From the NCBI GenBank assembly GCA_905210485.1, contig CAJLXA010000005.1, positions 1 through 61,526 on the forward strand: DNA of 61,526 bases, given 5' to 3'. The notes under the pieces were generated by a model. It made no database searches, had not been told where the DNA came from, and was given only the letters and a program-made list of their open reading frames with translations. Source of the stretch: an uncultured Eubacteriales bacterium (GTDB lineage Bacteria > Bacillota > Clostridia > Oscillospirales > CAG-272). Made by a program: the position numbers and the translations under genes. Shown piece by piece: positions 20,118 to 28,401 of this stretch (position 1 is its first letter; the number at the start of each line of letters is the position of its first letter).

Positions 20118-20373
20118 AACGTTGGAATCGGGAGAAGTAGCGCGGAAAGACGCCGATAGCGAGTACGGGACGATGGAAGCCGTACGGCGGTCGCCGCGTG
20201 AATAACACCCGGTGAGTTGCAATCCGAAAGGTGAAAACCGAGTAGGTGCGCCGGCGGCCGGCCGTTATCCCGGACAGACCTTTGCGGGTCAGAGAGAAAA
20301 AAGATGGGTGGCACAGCGGGTTTCGGCACTCGCCCTGTCGGATGCTGAAATATCAAGTAGGGAGAGATTTATT
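20118..20373 (+). promoter_or_regulatory. T-box leader, probable Asn (AAC) specifier, upstream of asnB
   Basis: Stem I has the helix CGGG (20128-31) / CCCG (20208-11). The specifier loop reads AGAAGUAG on the 5' side and UGAAU-AAC-A on the 3' side. GGUGAG K-turn partner, distal AGCGA bulge and AUGGAA loop are present. The T-box sequence is AGAUGGGUGGCACAGCGGG...CUCGCCCU (20302-20337), with a UGGC bulge. Confidence 0.75.
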
Positions 20374-21951
20374 ATGTGTTCGATTATGGGTTTTTGCGGT
20401 CCGTGTGTCGATCGCCCCGAATTTGAAAAAGGATTTATGGAAACGCTGTCCCGCGGTCCGGACGACAGCCGGATTGTGGATACGGGAGACGGTATTCTGG
20501 CTTTTCACCGTCTTGCCATCATGGGGCTGACCCCCGAAGGAATGCAACCTTTTACGCTGGACGGCAGTTATGTAGTGTGCAACGGCGAAATATACGGTTA
20601 TGAAAAAATAAAAGCGGAACTGTCCCGTAAGTATACGTTCAGAAGCGGCTCGGACTGCGAGATATTGCTTCCGATGTATCGGGAATACGGCACCGATATG
20701 TTCCGTATGCTGGACGCGGAATTCGCCATGATTCTGTATGACGCGGAGGAGAAAACATATATCGCCGCGCGCGATCCGATCGGCATCCGTCCGCTTTATT
20801 ACGGGTATGACAAAAACGGCGTGATTGTTTTTGCGAGCGAGCCGAAAAACCTGCTTCCTCTGTGCGTGAAAGTCATGCCGTTTCCGCCCGGACATTATTA
20901 TAAAGACGGACGGTTTGTTCCTTATAACAAAATTGACGAAGTAACGGCGGTGACGCATGACGACCTCGAAACGGTATGTAAAAAAATCCGTGAAAAACTG
21001 ATTGCCGGCGTTGAAAAACGTCTGGTTTCCGACGCCAAGGTTGGATTTCTTCTTTCCGGCGGTCTTGATTCCTCGCTTGTATGCGCCATTGCCGCGCGAA
21101 AAGAGAAGAAACCGATCCGCACGTTTGCCATCGGAATGAGCGGCGACGCCATTGATCTGAAATACGCAAGGGAAGTGGCGGATTATATCGGAAGCGATCA
21201 CACCGAGGTCATCATGACAAAAGAGGAGGTTCTTTCCTCGCTCGAAACGGTGATACGGATACTCGGAACCTACGACATAACGACAATCCGCGCCAGCATG
21301 GGCATGTACCTGCTTTGCAAATGGATTCACGAAAATACGGACATACGTGTTCTCCTGACGGGCGAAATATCCGATGAACTGTTCGGTTACAAATACACCG
21401 ATTTTGCGCCGTCGGCCGTCGAATTTCAGAAAGAATCCGAAAAACGGATCCGGGAACTGCATATGTACGATGTGTTGCGCGCCGATCGCTGTATATCCGC
21501 GAACTCGCTTGAAGCGCGTGTGCCGTTCGGCGATCTTGATTTTGTGAAGTACGTTCTTTCGGTGGATCCGCTTAAAAAAATGAACGTGTATCATAAAGGC
21601 AAGTATCTGTTGCGCCATGCGTTTGAGGGCGATTATCTGCCTCATGATATTCTTTACCGTGAGAAAGCGGCTTTTTCCGACGCCGTAGGACATTCCATGG
21701 TGGATTATCTGAAAGAGTATGCGGCGGAGCAGTATACAGAGGAAGAATATGAGGAAAAACGCCGTCATTATACGCACGCGATGCCGTTTACCAAGGAGTC
21801 GCTGTTGTATCGGGAAATTTTTGAAAAGTATTATCCCGGTCAGTCGGAAATGATTGCGGACTTCTGGATGCCGAACAAAACGTGGGAGGGATGCAATGTT
21901 TCCGATCCGTCGGCAAGAGTGCTTTCCAACTACGGCGACAGCGGCAAATAA
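20374..21951 (+). CDS. asnB: asparagine synthase (glutamine-hydrolysing)
   Basis: Start placed at the ATG at 20374 (MCSIMGF..., i.e. catalytic Cys2 after Met). The ORF-track extension upstream covers the T-box. SGGLDSS PP-loop motif present. 525 aa. Confidence 0.92.
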   Translation: MCSIMGFCGPCVDRPEFEKGFMETLSRGPDDSRIVDTGDGILAFHRLAIMGLTPEGMQPFTLDGSYVVCNGEIYGYEKIKAELSRKYTFRSGSDCEILLPMYREYGTDMFRMLDAEFAMILYDAEEKTYIAARDPIGIRPLYYGYDKNGVIVFASEPKNLLPLCVKVMPFPPGHYYKDGRFVPYNKIDEVTAVTHDDLETVCKKIREKLIAGVEKRLVSDAKVGFLLSGGLDSSLVCAIAARKEKKPIRTFAIGMSGDAIDLKYAREVADYIGSDHTEVIMTKEEVLSSLETVIRILGTYDITTIRASMGMYLLCKWIHENTDIRVLLTGEISDELFGYKYTDFAPSAVEFQKESEKRIRELHMYDVLRADRCISANSLEARVPFGDLDFVKYVLSVDPLKKMNVYHKGKYLLRHAFEGDYLPHDILYREKAAFSDAVGHSMVDYLKEYAAEQYTEEEYEEKRRHYTHAMPFTKESLLYREIFEKYYPGQSEMIADFWMPNKTWEGCNVSDPSARVLSNYGDSGK

Positions 21952-21971
21952 GAAAGTTCTGCGTTTAAAAG

Positions 21972-22008
21972 AAAATGCGGCAAGGTTTCAGCATTGCCGC
22001 ATTTTCTT
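21972..22008. terminator. bidirectional intrinsic terminator (asnB / MFS gene)
   Basis: 12-bp stem aaaatgcggcaa / ttgccgcatttt, flanked by A-run and T-run, between convergent genes. Confidence 0.85.
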
Positions 22009-22029
22009 ATGGTGAAATGTAAACTTTCA

Positions 22030-23274
22030 TTAACAAAACGATTTGTTTTGTTTTTTCTTATATCGGAGAAGAAGCGCAGAACTCACGATCATAAGAATCG
22101 GGAAGATCATGCAGATGAAGAGCGCCGAACGGATGCCGGCTTCGGTACCGTTTCCGGCGATAAAGGAAAATTTTTGTACGGCACCGCTGTTCACTGCTTC
22201 GGAGATCAGACCGACAAGATACGAACCTGCGGTGCAACCGATGTCGCCCGCAAGTGCGTAAAACGCAAACATGCGCGTACCGCCGCCGGGAATCTCCTTG
22301 GCGCCGAGGGAGTAGGTGCCCGGCCACATGAGCGCGACAAAGAAACCGGACAGGGCACAGCCGAGAAGCGAAAGAATCGGATTCGGAAAGAAAACCGTTC
22401 CGACGTAACAGAAAGTGCAACCGCAGGCGGTCAGCAACAAACATTTTTCAAGGCCGATGCGGGTGCAGAAAATACCGCTTGTGAGACGTCCGGTTCCCAT
22501 CAGCAAAGCAAAGAGACACGGTCCGAGCAGGTCACCCACCGCTTTCGGTACGCCGAGACCGACTTCGGCGAACAGCGATGCCCATTGCGACATGGCAAGT
22601 TCCGACGCGCCGGCGGCGATCATCATGACGACGAAGAGCCAGAAAAGAGGATTGCCGAAGAGCGATCCCGAACGCTTTTCCGTATCTTCGGTATCAAGGG
22701 TACACAGCGGCACCGTGAGGAACGAAAAGAAATTGAGAAGCGGGAAAAGCGCCCACAGAATCGGCAGGATCGCCCAGTGTTCGTGGCCGAACAGGGCAAA
22801 AAACACGGTCGAAAACAGAACTACGGCGCATTGCCCCCAACAATAAAACGAATGGAGAATGGCCATACGGCTCTCTTTGTTGTCGGCGGGGAGCGCCTGT
22901 ATCATAGGACTGACGATGACTTCAAGGAGCCCGCCGCCGATGCCCATCAGTACAGTGGCAATCAGAATCCCCGCATAGGCGTTCGGCAGAACAAGCGGCA
23001 TAACACCGAGTGAAAAAAGTCCGACGGCAGAGAGAATATGCGCCATGAGGATGGAGGCGCGATAGCCGATGCGGTCGACAAAGAGCGTCGAGCCGAAGTC
23101 AATCATGATCTGCACGGCAAAATTGACGGTGGCAATAAGGCCGATCTTGTCAAGCGACACGCCGAGAGACGTATTGAAAATGGCGTATAACAGCGGCGCG
23201 AGCGTATTTACCGCCGCCTGTACAATATAGGCGGCATAGCAGGAAACGGCGCTGCGCCGGTAACTTTTTTGCAT
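22030..23274 (-). CDS. MFS transporter
   Basis: 414 aa, about 12 hydrophobic helices. FVDRIGYR-like motif after TM2. Confidence 0.8.
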   Translation of the reverse strand: MQKSYRRSAVSCYAAYIVQAAVNTLAPLLYAIFNTSLGVSLDKIGLIATVNFAVQIMIDFGSTLFVDRIGYRASILMAHILSAVGLFSLGVMPLVLPNAYAGILIATVLMGIGGGLLEVIVSPMIQALPADNKESRMAILHSFYCWGQCAVVLFSTVFFALFGHEHWAILPILWALFPLLNFFSFLTVPLCTLDTEDTEKRSGSLFGNPLFWLFVVMMIAAGASELAMSQWASLFAEVGLGVPKAVGDLLGPCLFALLMGTGRLTSGIFCTRIGLEKCLLLTACGCTFCYVGTVFFPNPILSLLGCALSGFFVALMWPGTYSLGAKEIPGGGTRMFAFYALAGDIGCTAGSYLVGLISEAVNSGAVQKFSFIAGNGTEAGIRSALFICMIFPILMIVSSALLLRYKKKQNKSFC

Positions 23275-23425
23275 AGAAGAACCCTTTCCTTTCAGGTGTT
23301 TTACAATCGTAATGCTACCATTCTAACAATTGCGGTTTTACTTGTCAATGGTGTTTACAAAGTTTACACATTGTTCAAAAAATCGGTATGATACCGGCCG
23401 TTACAGGAAAATTCCGGGGAACCTA

Positions 23426-23454
23426 TTTACATTTGTCACCGAAAAGTGTATAAT
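23426..23454 (+). promoter_or_regulatory. sigma-A promoter for metY-metA
   Basis: TTTACA (23426-31), 17-nt spacer, TATAAT (23449-54). Leaves a leader of only about 60 nt. Confidence 0.65.
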
Positions 23455-23518
23455 AATGTATAAATTGCAGGATATACACAGGAAAAAGCGGCCGAAGTCT
23501 GCCGGGGAAGGAAAATAA

Positions 23519-24793
23519 ATGAAAAAACGTATAGAAACCCTTTGTGTTTCGGGAGGATATACGCCGAAAAACGGCGAACCGAGACAAATACCGATCTATC
23601 AGAGTACCACTTTCAAATACGATACGAGCGAGGATATGGGGAAACTGTTCGACCTTGAGGCGGAGGGGTACTTTTATTCGCGTCTCCAGAATCCCACGTG
23701 CGACTATGTGGCAAAGAAAATCTGTGAATTGGAGGGCGGCTATGCCGCCATGCTGACATCATCCGGTCAGGCGGCCAATTTCTTTGCGGTTTTCAACATT
23801 GCGACGGCAGGCGATCACGTCATTGCTTCGTCTTCCATTTACGGCGGCACTTACAATCTTTTTGCCGTAACCATGAAAAAGATGGGTGTGGAATTCACTT
23901 TTGTTTCTCCGGATTGTACGGAAGAGGAGCTGAACGCCGCTTTCCGTGCCAATACCAAGGCCGTTTTCGGAGAAACGATCGCCAATCCCGCGCTTACGGT
24001 GCTGGATATTGAGAAGTTTGCCAAGGCGGCACACGCGCACGGCGTACCGCTCATCGTGGACAATACGTTTGCCACGCCGATCAACTGCAGACCTTTCGCT
24101 TTCGGCGCGGATATTGTGACACATTCGACGACAAAGTATATGGACGGTCACGGGGCGCAGGTAGGCGGTTGCATTGTCGACTCCGGCAACTTCGACTGGA
24201 TGCGCGAAAAGGATCGTTTTCCGGGGCTGACCACACCCGACGACAGTTATCACGGTATTGTCTATGCCGAGCGCTTCGGGAAAGGGGCGTATATTACCAA
24301 GGCAACGGCACAGCTCATGCGTGATTTCGGCTCCACGCCGTCTCCGCAAAGTGCCTTTCTCCTGAATCTCGGACTGGAAAGCCTGCATGTGCGTATGGCG
24401 CGCCATTGTGAAAATGCGCTGGCGGTGGCCACGTTTCTGAAAAATCATAAAAAGGTGAGTTGGGTGCGCTATCCCTCGCTCCCCGGGGATCCGTATTATG
24501 CGCTGGCGAAAAAATATATGCCGGACGGCACGTGCGGCGTTGTCAGTTTCGGCGTTACGGGCGGCCGGTCGGCGGCAGAGGCCGTCATGAAACGGCTCCG
24601 TGTGGCGGCGATCGAAACGCATGTGGCAGACGCACGTTCCTGCTGTCTGCACCCTGCTTCGGCCACGCACCGTCAGATGAACGATGAAGAATTGACGGCG
24701 GCGGGCGTGTCCCCCGACCTTATCCGTCTTTCCTGCGGACTTGAAAGCAAAGACGACCTGATCGACGATCTTAAGCAGGCGCTGGGAGACTGA
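23519..24793 (+). CDS. metY: O-acetylhomoserine aminocarboxypropyltransferase / sulfhydrylase (PLP)
   Basis: 424 aa. [16 protein letters not shown], and [11 protein letters not shown] (PLP lysine). Confidence 0.9.
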   Translation: MKKRIETLCVSGGYTPKNGEPRQIPIYQSTTFKYDTSEDMGKLFDLEAEGYFYSRLQNPTCDYVAKKICELEGGYAAMLTSSGQAANFFAVFNIATAGDHVIASSSIYGGTYNLFAVTMKKMGVEFTFVSPDCTEEELNAAFRANTKAVFGETIANPALTVLDIEKFAKAAHAHGVPLIVDNTFATPINCRPFAFGADIVTHSTTKYMDGHGAQVGGCIVDSGNFDWMREKDRFPGLTTPDDSYHGIVYAERFGKGAYITKATAQLMRDFGSTPSPQSAFLLNLGLESLHVRMARHCENALAVATFLKNHKKVSWVRYPSLPGDPYYALAKKYMPDGTCGVVSFGVTGGRSAAEAVMKRLRVAAIETHVADARSCCLHPASATHRQMNDEELTAAGVSPDLIRLSCGLESKDDLIDDLKQALGD

Positions 24794-24795
24794 GT

Positions 24796-25716
24796 ATGCC
24801 GATCAAGATACCGAACGAATTGCCTGCCGTGCGTGTTCTGGAAGAAGAAAACATCTTCGTCATGAACGAAACGCGCGCTTCGACACAGGATATCCGTCCG
24901 CTCCGTATCCTGCTTTTAAATCTGATGCCGACAAAGATTGATACGGAAACACAGCTTTCACGACTGCTCAGCAATACGCCGCTGCAGGTGGAACTTCAGT
25001 TGATGCATATGGCGACGCATGAATCGCAGAATGTGCCGAAATCGCATCTGGCTTCTTTCTACCATGATTTTTCCTATTATGAAAACGAGTATTTCGACGG
25101 TCTCATTATCACCGGCGCGCCGGTGGAAAAAATGGCGTTTGAGGAAGTGGATTACTGGCCCGAACTCTGCCGCGTTATGGAGTGGTCGAATAAGCATGTG
25201 CACAGTACGTTTCACATTTGCTGGGGCGCGCAGGCGGGGCTTTACTATCATTACGGTATAAAAAAACATCTGTTACCGGAAAAACTGTTCGGCGTTTTCC
25301 CGCATACGGTGGAACGGAGACGTTCCATGCTGCTCCGCGGTTTTGACGATACGTTTATGGTGCCTCATTCACGGCATACCACGGTACGCCGCGAGGATAT
25401 TGAAGCGGTTCCGGAACTGCGGATCCTCGCTTCTTCGCCGGAAGCCGGGGTGTATGCTGTTGCCGCAAAGGGCGGGCGCCGTATATTCATCACCGGCCAT
25501 TCCGAATACGACCCGCGGACATTGGAAAAAGAATATCTCCGCGACAAAAATCTCGGATTGCCGATCGGCGTCCCCGTCCGTTATTACCCGGAAGACGACG
25601 ATACGCAGCCGCCCCTTGATACGTGGCGCGCGCATGCCAATCTTCTGTATTCCAATTGGCTCAACTATTTTGTGTATCAGACAACGCCGTATGATGTGAA
25701 TCAGATATCAAAATAA
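24796..25716 (+). CDS. metA: homoserine O-acyltransferase (MetA family)
   Basis: 306 aa. [12 protein letters not shown]-terminus, LLNLMP, and ICWGAQ (catalytic Cys). Confidence 0.92.
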   Translation: MPIKIPNELPAVRVLEEENIFVMNETRASTQDIRPLRILLLNLMPTKIDTETQLSRLLSNTPLQVELQLMHMATHESQNVPKSHLASFYHDFSYYENEYFDGLIITGAPVEKMAFEEVDYWPELCRVMEWSNKHVHSTFHICWGAQAGLYYHYGIKKHLLPEKLFGVFPHTVERRRSMLLRGFDDTFMVPHSRHTTVRREDIEAVPELRILASSPEAGVYAVAAKGGRRIFITGHSEYDPRTLEKEYLRDKNLGLPIGVPVRYYPEDDDTQPPLDTWRAHANLLYSNWLNYFVYQTTPYDVNQISK

Positions 25717-25751
25717 GAATAAATGTCAATTAAAGATAGCATTTTACGGTT

Positions 25752-25790
25752 AAAAAGAGAGAGCATCGGAAAACGATGCTCTCTCTTTTT
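25752..25790. terminator. bidirectional intrinsic terminator (metA / DUF975 gene)
   Basis: Perfect 17-bp stem aaaaagagagagcatcg / cgatgctctctcttttt with loop gaaaa. Confidence 0.9.
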
Positions 25791-25802
25791 GGTTGTAAGA
25801 AA

Positions 25803-26372
25803 TCAGATGTTATAGCCTCTTTCACGTGCGATGCTCCGCATGTATTCGGTTCTTGAAGCGTAATAGTAAGGGCCGACATAGAGAAGAAGGATACCGAACG
25901 TCAGACCGCAGAGGATAAACCAACCGATGAATGAAAGGTCGAAAAGGAAGAGATCCATTTTTCTGCCGTCCATGGCGGAAGAGGATTCTTTCAGACAGGC
26001 ATTATGATCTTTTGTCGGATCGCTGATGGAAATAAGTTCTGCAAGGGCGTAGGAGTAGGATTTCACGATACCGGGGATCACAAAGAGAAGCGACCAGAGA
26101 AAAATAAAGATATTTTTCATTACGGAGAGAATGATGCGTTCGGTGAGGTTTTCACGGAGTCCGTCAATAATCCTTTCAAAGCGCGGTTCCGCAAGGTTTA
26201 TGTAGAAGGAGTAGGCGCCGATTATCAACATGGAAGAAAATAGAAGGATACCGATGACGGTCGACGAAAGAAGTCCGGCGACCAGTGCGTACAAAAGCAT
26301 AAAAACGATTGCCGCGCCCCAACGGTCTTTCAGATTGTTTCTCGCAGTGGTTTTTGCTTCAGAAAATGTCAT
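25803..26372 (-). CDS. DUF975-family integral membrane protein
   Basis: 189 aa. The N-terminus MTFSEAKTTARNNLKDRWGAAIVFMLLY and a 4-5 TM layout resemble DUF975. RBS GGAG. Confidence 0.6.
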   Translation of the reverse strand: MTFSEAKTTARNNLKDRWGAAIVFMLLYALVAGLLSSTVIGILLFSSMLIIGAYSFYINLAEPRFERIIDGLRENLTERIILSVMKNIFIFLWSLLFVIPGIVKSYSYALAELISISDPTKDHNACLKESSSAMDGRKMDLFLFDLSFIGWFILCGLTFGILLLYVGPYYYASRTEYMRSIARERGYNI

Positions 26373-26420
26373 AACAGTCTCCGTATATAATTTTTTTTTG
26401 CGGATATCATCCGCATATGT

Positions 26421-26449
26421 ATTATAACACAGCAGTCAGAAACTGTCAA
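26421..26449 (-). promoter_or_regulatory. exact consensus sigma-A promoter for the DUF975 gene
   Basis: The minus strand reads TTGACA (26449-44), a 17-nt spacer, then TATAAT (26426-21). Confidence 0.75.
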
Positions 26450-26516
26450 TGTGTTTCAGGGAAAATGTATTTCCGCAATCGGGAGAATATGGAAGTGACG
26501 GAGCGGCAGGTGCGGG

Positions 26517-26999
26517 TCAGGAATTTTTACGGTAGACGTATCCGCAATAAACGCATGTCAGTGTGCTGTCGTCTTCCGTAAGCGGCGCGCCGCAGTTCGG
26601 ACAACGCCGTGCGGCGGATTTTTCACGTTCTTTGTTGACGGTGAAGCCGTTGCCGTCAAAGATAAGTCCCGTGATATAGCCTTTTTCCACGCATTTCAGA
26701 ATTTTTGTTTTCAGTGCGGCTTCGTCGTTTCCCGTTTGAATGGCCAATGTCTTTACATCGTATATGTGTTCCGTGCAAACGGCGTAGACCAGGGTTTTCA
26801 GCGCGGCGGTTTCGCCGAATTGAATCCATATTATCGGCAAAGCGTAAAAACCTGCCGCAAGATAGACAATACAGACGATCATAAGCGGTTGCAGTTTGCC
26901 GATCGACAGAATGAGTCCGGGGATTGCCGCGACATAAAGCACAGAAAGAACCGTGGCAGTGATAAGTCGGATATTCAGATCTTTCAAGAGTTTTTTCAT
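26517..26999 (-). CDS. hypothetical membrane protein with C-terminal zinc ribbon
   Basis: 160 aa with two N-terminal TM helices. C-terminal CPNCGAP...CVYCG (CxxC-N14-CxxC). RBS GGAG. Confidence 0.6.
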   Translation of the reverse strand: MKKLLKDLNIRLITATVLSVLYVAAIPGLILSIGKLQPLMIVCIVYLAAGFYALPIIWIQFGETAALKTLVYAVCTEHIYDVKTLAIQTGNDEAALKTKILKCVEKGYITGLIFDGNGFTVNKEREKSAARRCPNCGAPLTEDDSTLTCVYCGYVYRKNS

Positions 27000-27143
27000 G
27001 ATACCTACTCCTTATTATATTGTATCAAGTATAGCACGGTTCTTTTAAAATTGCAAGAGTCGCCGCAAATAAACGGGCGAAAAGCGGTTTTATGTTTTCT
27101 GTAAAAGCATTTTATGAAAAATCCGAGGTACAGAAAGACGATT

Positions 27144-28184
27144 TTATCTTTGTTTATCCGCTTCAGCAGTTTCGCACCTTTGCACATGGGTAACGGTGAT
27201 TTTTATCGGTTTTTCTTCAAGAGCACGTTTGCGATAAACCGACGGAGACACACCATAGGCTTCGGTGAAAGCATGAGCAAGATGGCGCGTATCATAAAAA
27301 GAAAAATCGGAAGCTATTTTCCATATAGGAATGGTGGAATCGGACAACAAGCGGGCGACCGCGGCCAGTTTTTCTTTTATGATATAATATTTTATAGAAC
27401 AACCGGTTGCTTGCCGGAACAGCGTTGCTGCGCTGCTGTGCGAGCGGAAGACAGAAGCGCTGACTTCCCTTGAGGAGATGGACTCCCCCAGATGTTCCTG
27501 AATATATCGACGCATGGCGGCTACGTCACGTGCCTGTTTTGTAGTTCCGGCTGTATCCTTTTCGCGGGAAAGTGTTTGTAAGAGTCGGAAAAGATGCGGG
27601 ACAGCATCGTCGCGGATATCGGAATCTGTTCTTTTATAATTGGAAAATGACATGAAAATGTTCTGCATATATTCGCGGACCGGCGGAAACGAAGCTTGCA
27701 CCGTTTCTGTAAGATCGTAGAGCAAAAAAAGATATTTTCCGAACGTATCGTTGATATTGAACCAATACAGTTCCCATGGATTTTTCGGGTCTGTTTCATA
27801 TTCCCACTCGGTAAAGGGATGCAGGATAAACAGATCCCCGGTTTTCGGTGTATAGGTGTTGTTGCCGTGGCGCAGTCTTCCTTTGCCTTTTGAAAAATAC
27901 ATCAGGCAGTAATGCTTTGGGTTTCCGAAATGGCAATAGTAATCCTCACGGCAAACCGTATGACCTGACAAAAAAGATACAGTATCATCATGGCCGTTTT
28001 TACCGAAGCAAAGGCCGTAAGAAACCTCGCTACCGTCAGCGACTGTGCTGTAATATTCCCATCTTTTTTCCGTCGTTTGGTTGTTTTCCACGTTTTTTCG
28101 CTCCAAAAATCGTATTTTTCCGTCATACATGCACATATGTCGGAGGGTTATTTTCATTATAATGCACCGCACGGCAAAAAACAA
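27144..28184 (-). CDS. AraC-family transcriptional regulator (cupin-like sensor + HTH); start uncertain
   Basis: The C-terminal 100 aa carry the AraC double HTH (IKEKLAAVARLLSDSTIPIWKIASDFSFYDTRHLAHAFTEAYGVSPSVYRK). The N-terminal part is AraC-binding/cupin-like. Several in-frame starts (28184, 28157, 28130) lack a clear RBS. Confidence 0.8.
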   Translation of the reverse strand: MFFAVRCIIMKITLRHMCMYDGKIRFLERKNVENNQTTEKRWEYYSTVADGSEVSYGLCFGKNGHDDTVSFLSGHTVCREDYYCHFGNPKHYCLMYFSKGKGRLRHGNNTYTPKTGDLFILHPFTEWEYETDPKNPWELYWFNINDTFGKYLFLLYDLTETVQASFPPVREYMQNIFMSFSNYKRTDSDIRDDAVPHLFRLLQTLSREKDTAGTTKQARDVAAMRRYIQEHLGESISSREVSASVFRSHSSAATLFRQATGCSIKYYIIKEKLAAVARLLSDSTIPIWKIASDFSFYDTRHLAHAFTEAYGVSPSVYRKRALEEKPIKITVTHVQRCETAEADKQR

Positions 28185-28287
28185 GCATTTTTTCCTTCAA
28201 TGCGGAGGCTGTATGGTATTTCTGTATGAATATACCGCTATTTGCAACTTTTTTCGCTTGCTTTTACCCTTAACTTGGACGAAAATC

Positions 28288-28296
28288 TGTTATAAT
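28288..28296 (+). promoter_or_regulatory. extended -10 element (TGTTATAAT) upstream of the giant gene, no good -35
   Basis: TGnTATAAT at 28288-28296. A weak or absent -35 is consistent with activator (AraC) dependence. This is inference. Confidence 0.4.
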
Positions 28297-28401
28297 ATAG
28301 ACAAGGGGGGATGCGCTCTGTTCCAATTGTTTTTTGACGGAGCGCGATCTGTCGTTAGTTTGCCATGTTTGAGGCAAAATACTTATTTTTCGGAGGATAT
28401 T

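Noticed and set aside
18413-20356. 647-aa minus-strand ORF. Similar long antisense ORFs occur at 45579-47462 (627 aa), 53058-54911 (617 aa), 5756-7255 (499 aa), 20353-21777 (474 aa), 44293-45582 (429 aa) and 31888-33492 (534 aa).
   Set aside because: Each lies exactly opposite a gene with unambiguous family signatures (amt, hydA, groEL, CNNM, asnB, hydB, giant gene). Their translations are low-complexity and Arg/Phe/His-rich. They are typical GC-biased shadow frames.
26399-26416. Hairpin TGCGGAT-atc-ATCCGCA next to a T9 run upstream of the DUF975 gene, considered as a terminator.
   Set aside because: The T-run precedes the stem on the plus strand, and an A-run follows it on the minus strand. 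It has terminator geometry on neither strand and lies inside the leader of the DUF975 gene.
28081-28401. Upstream 107-codon extension of the giant ORF, as listed in the ORF track.
   Set aside because: It overlaps the divergent AraC gene and the promoter region, and it has no RBS. The ATG at 28402 has GGAGGA at ideal spacing and begins a textbook signal peptide.
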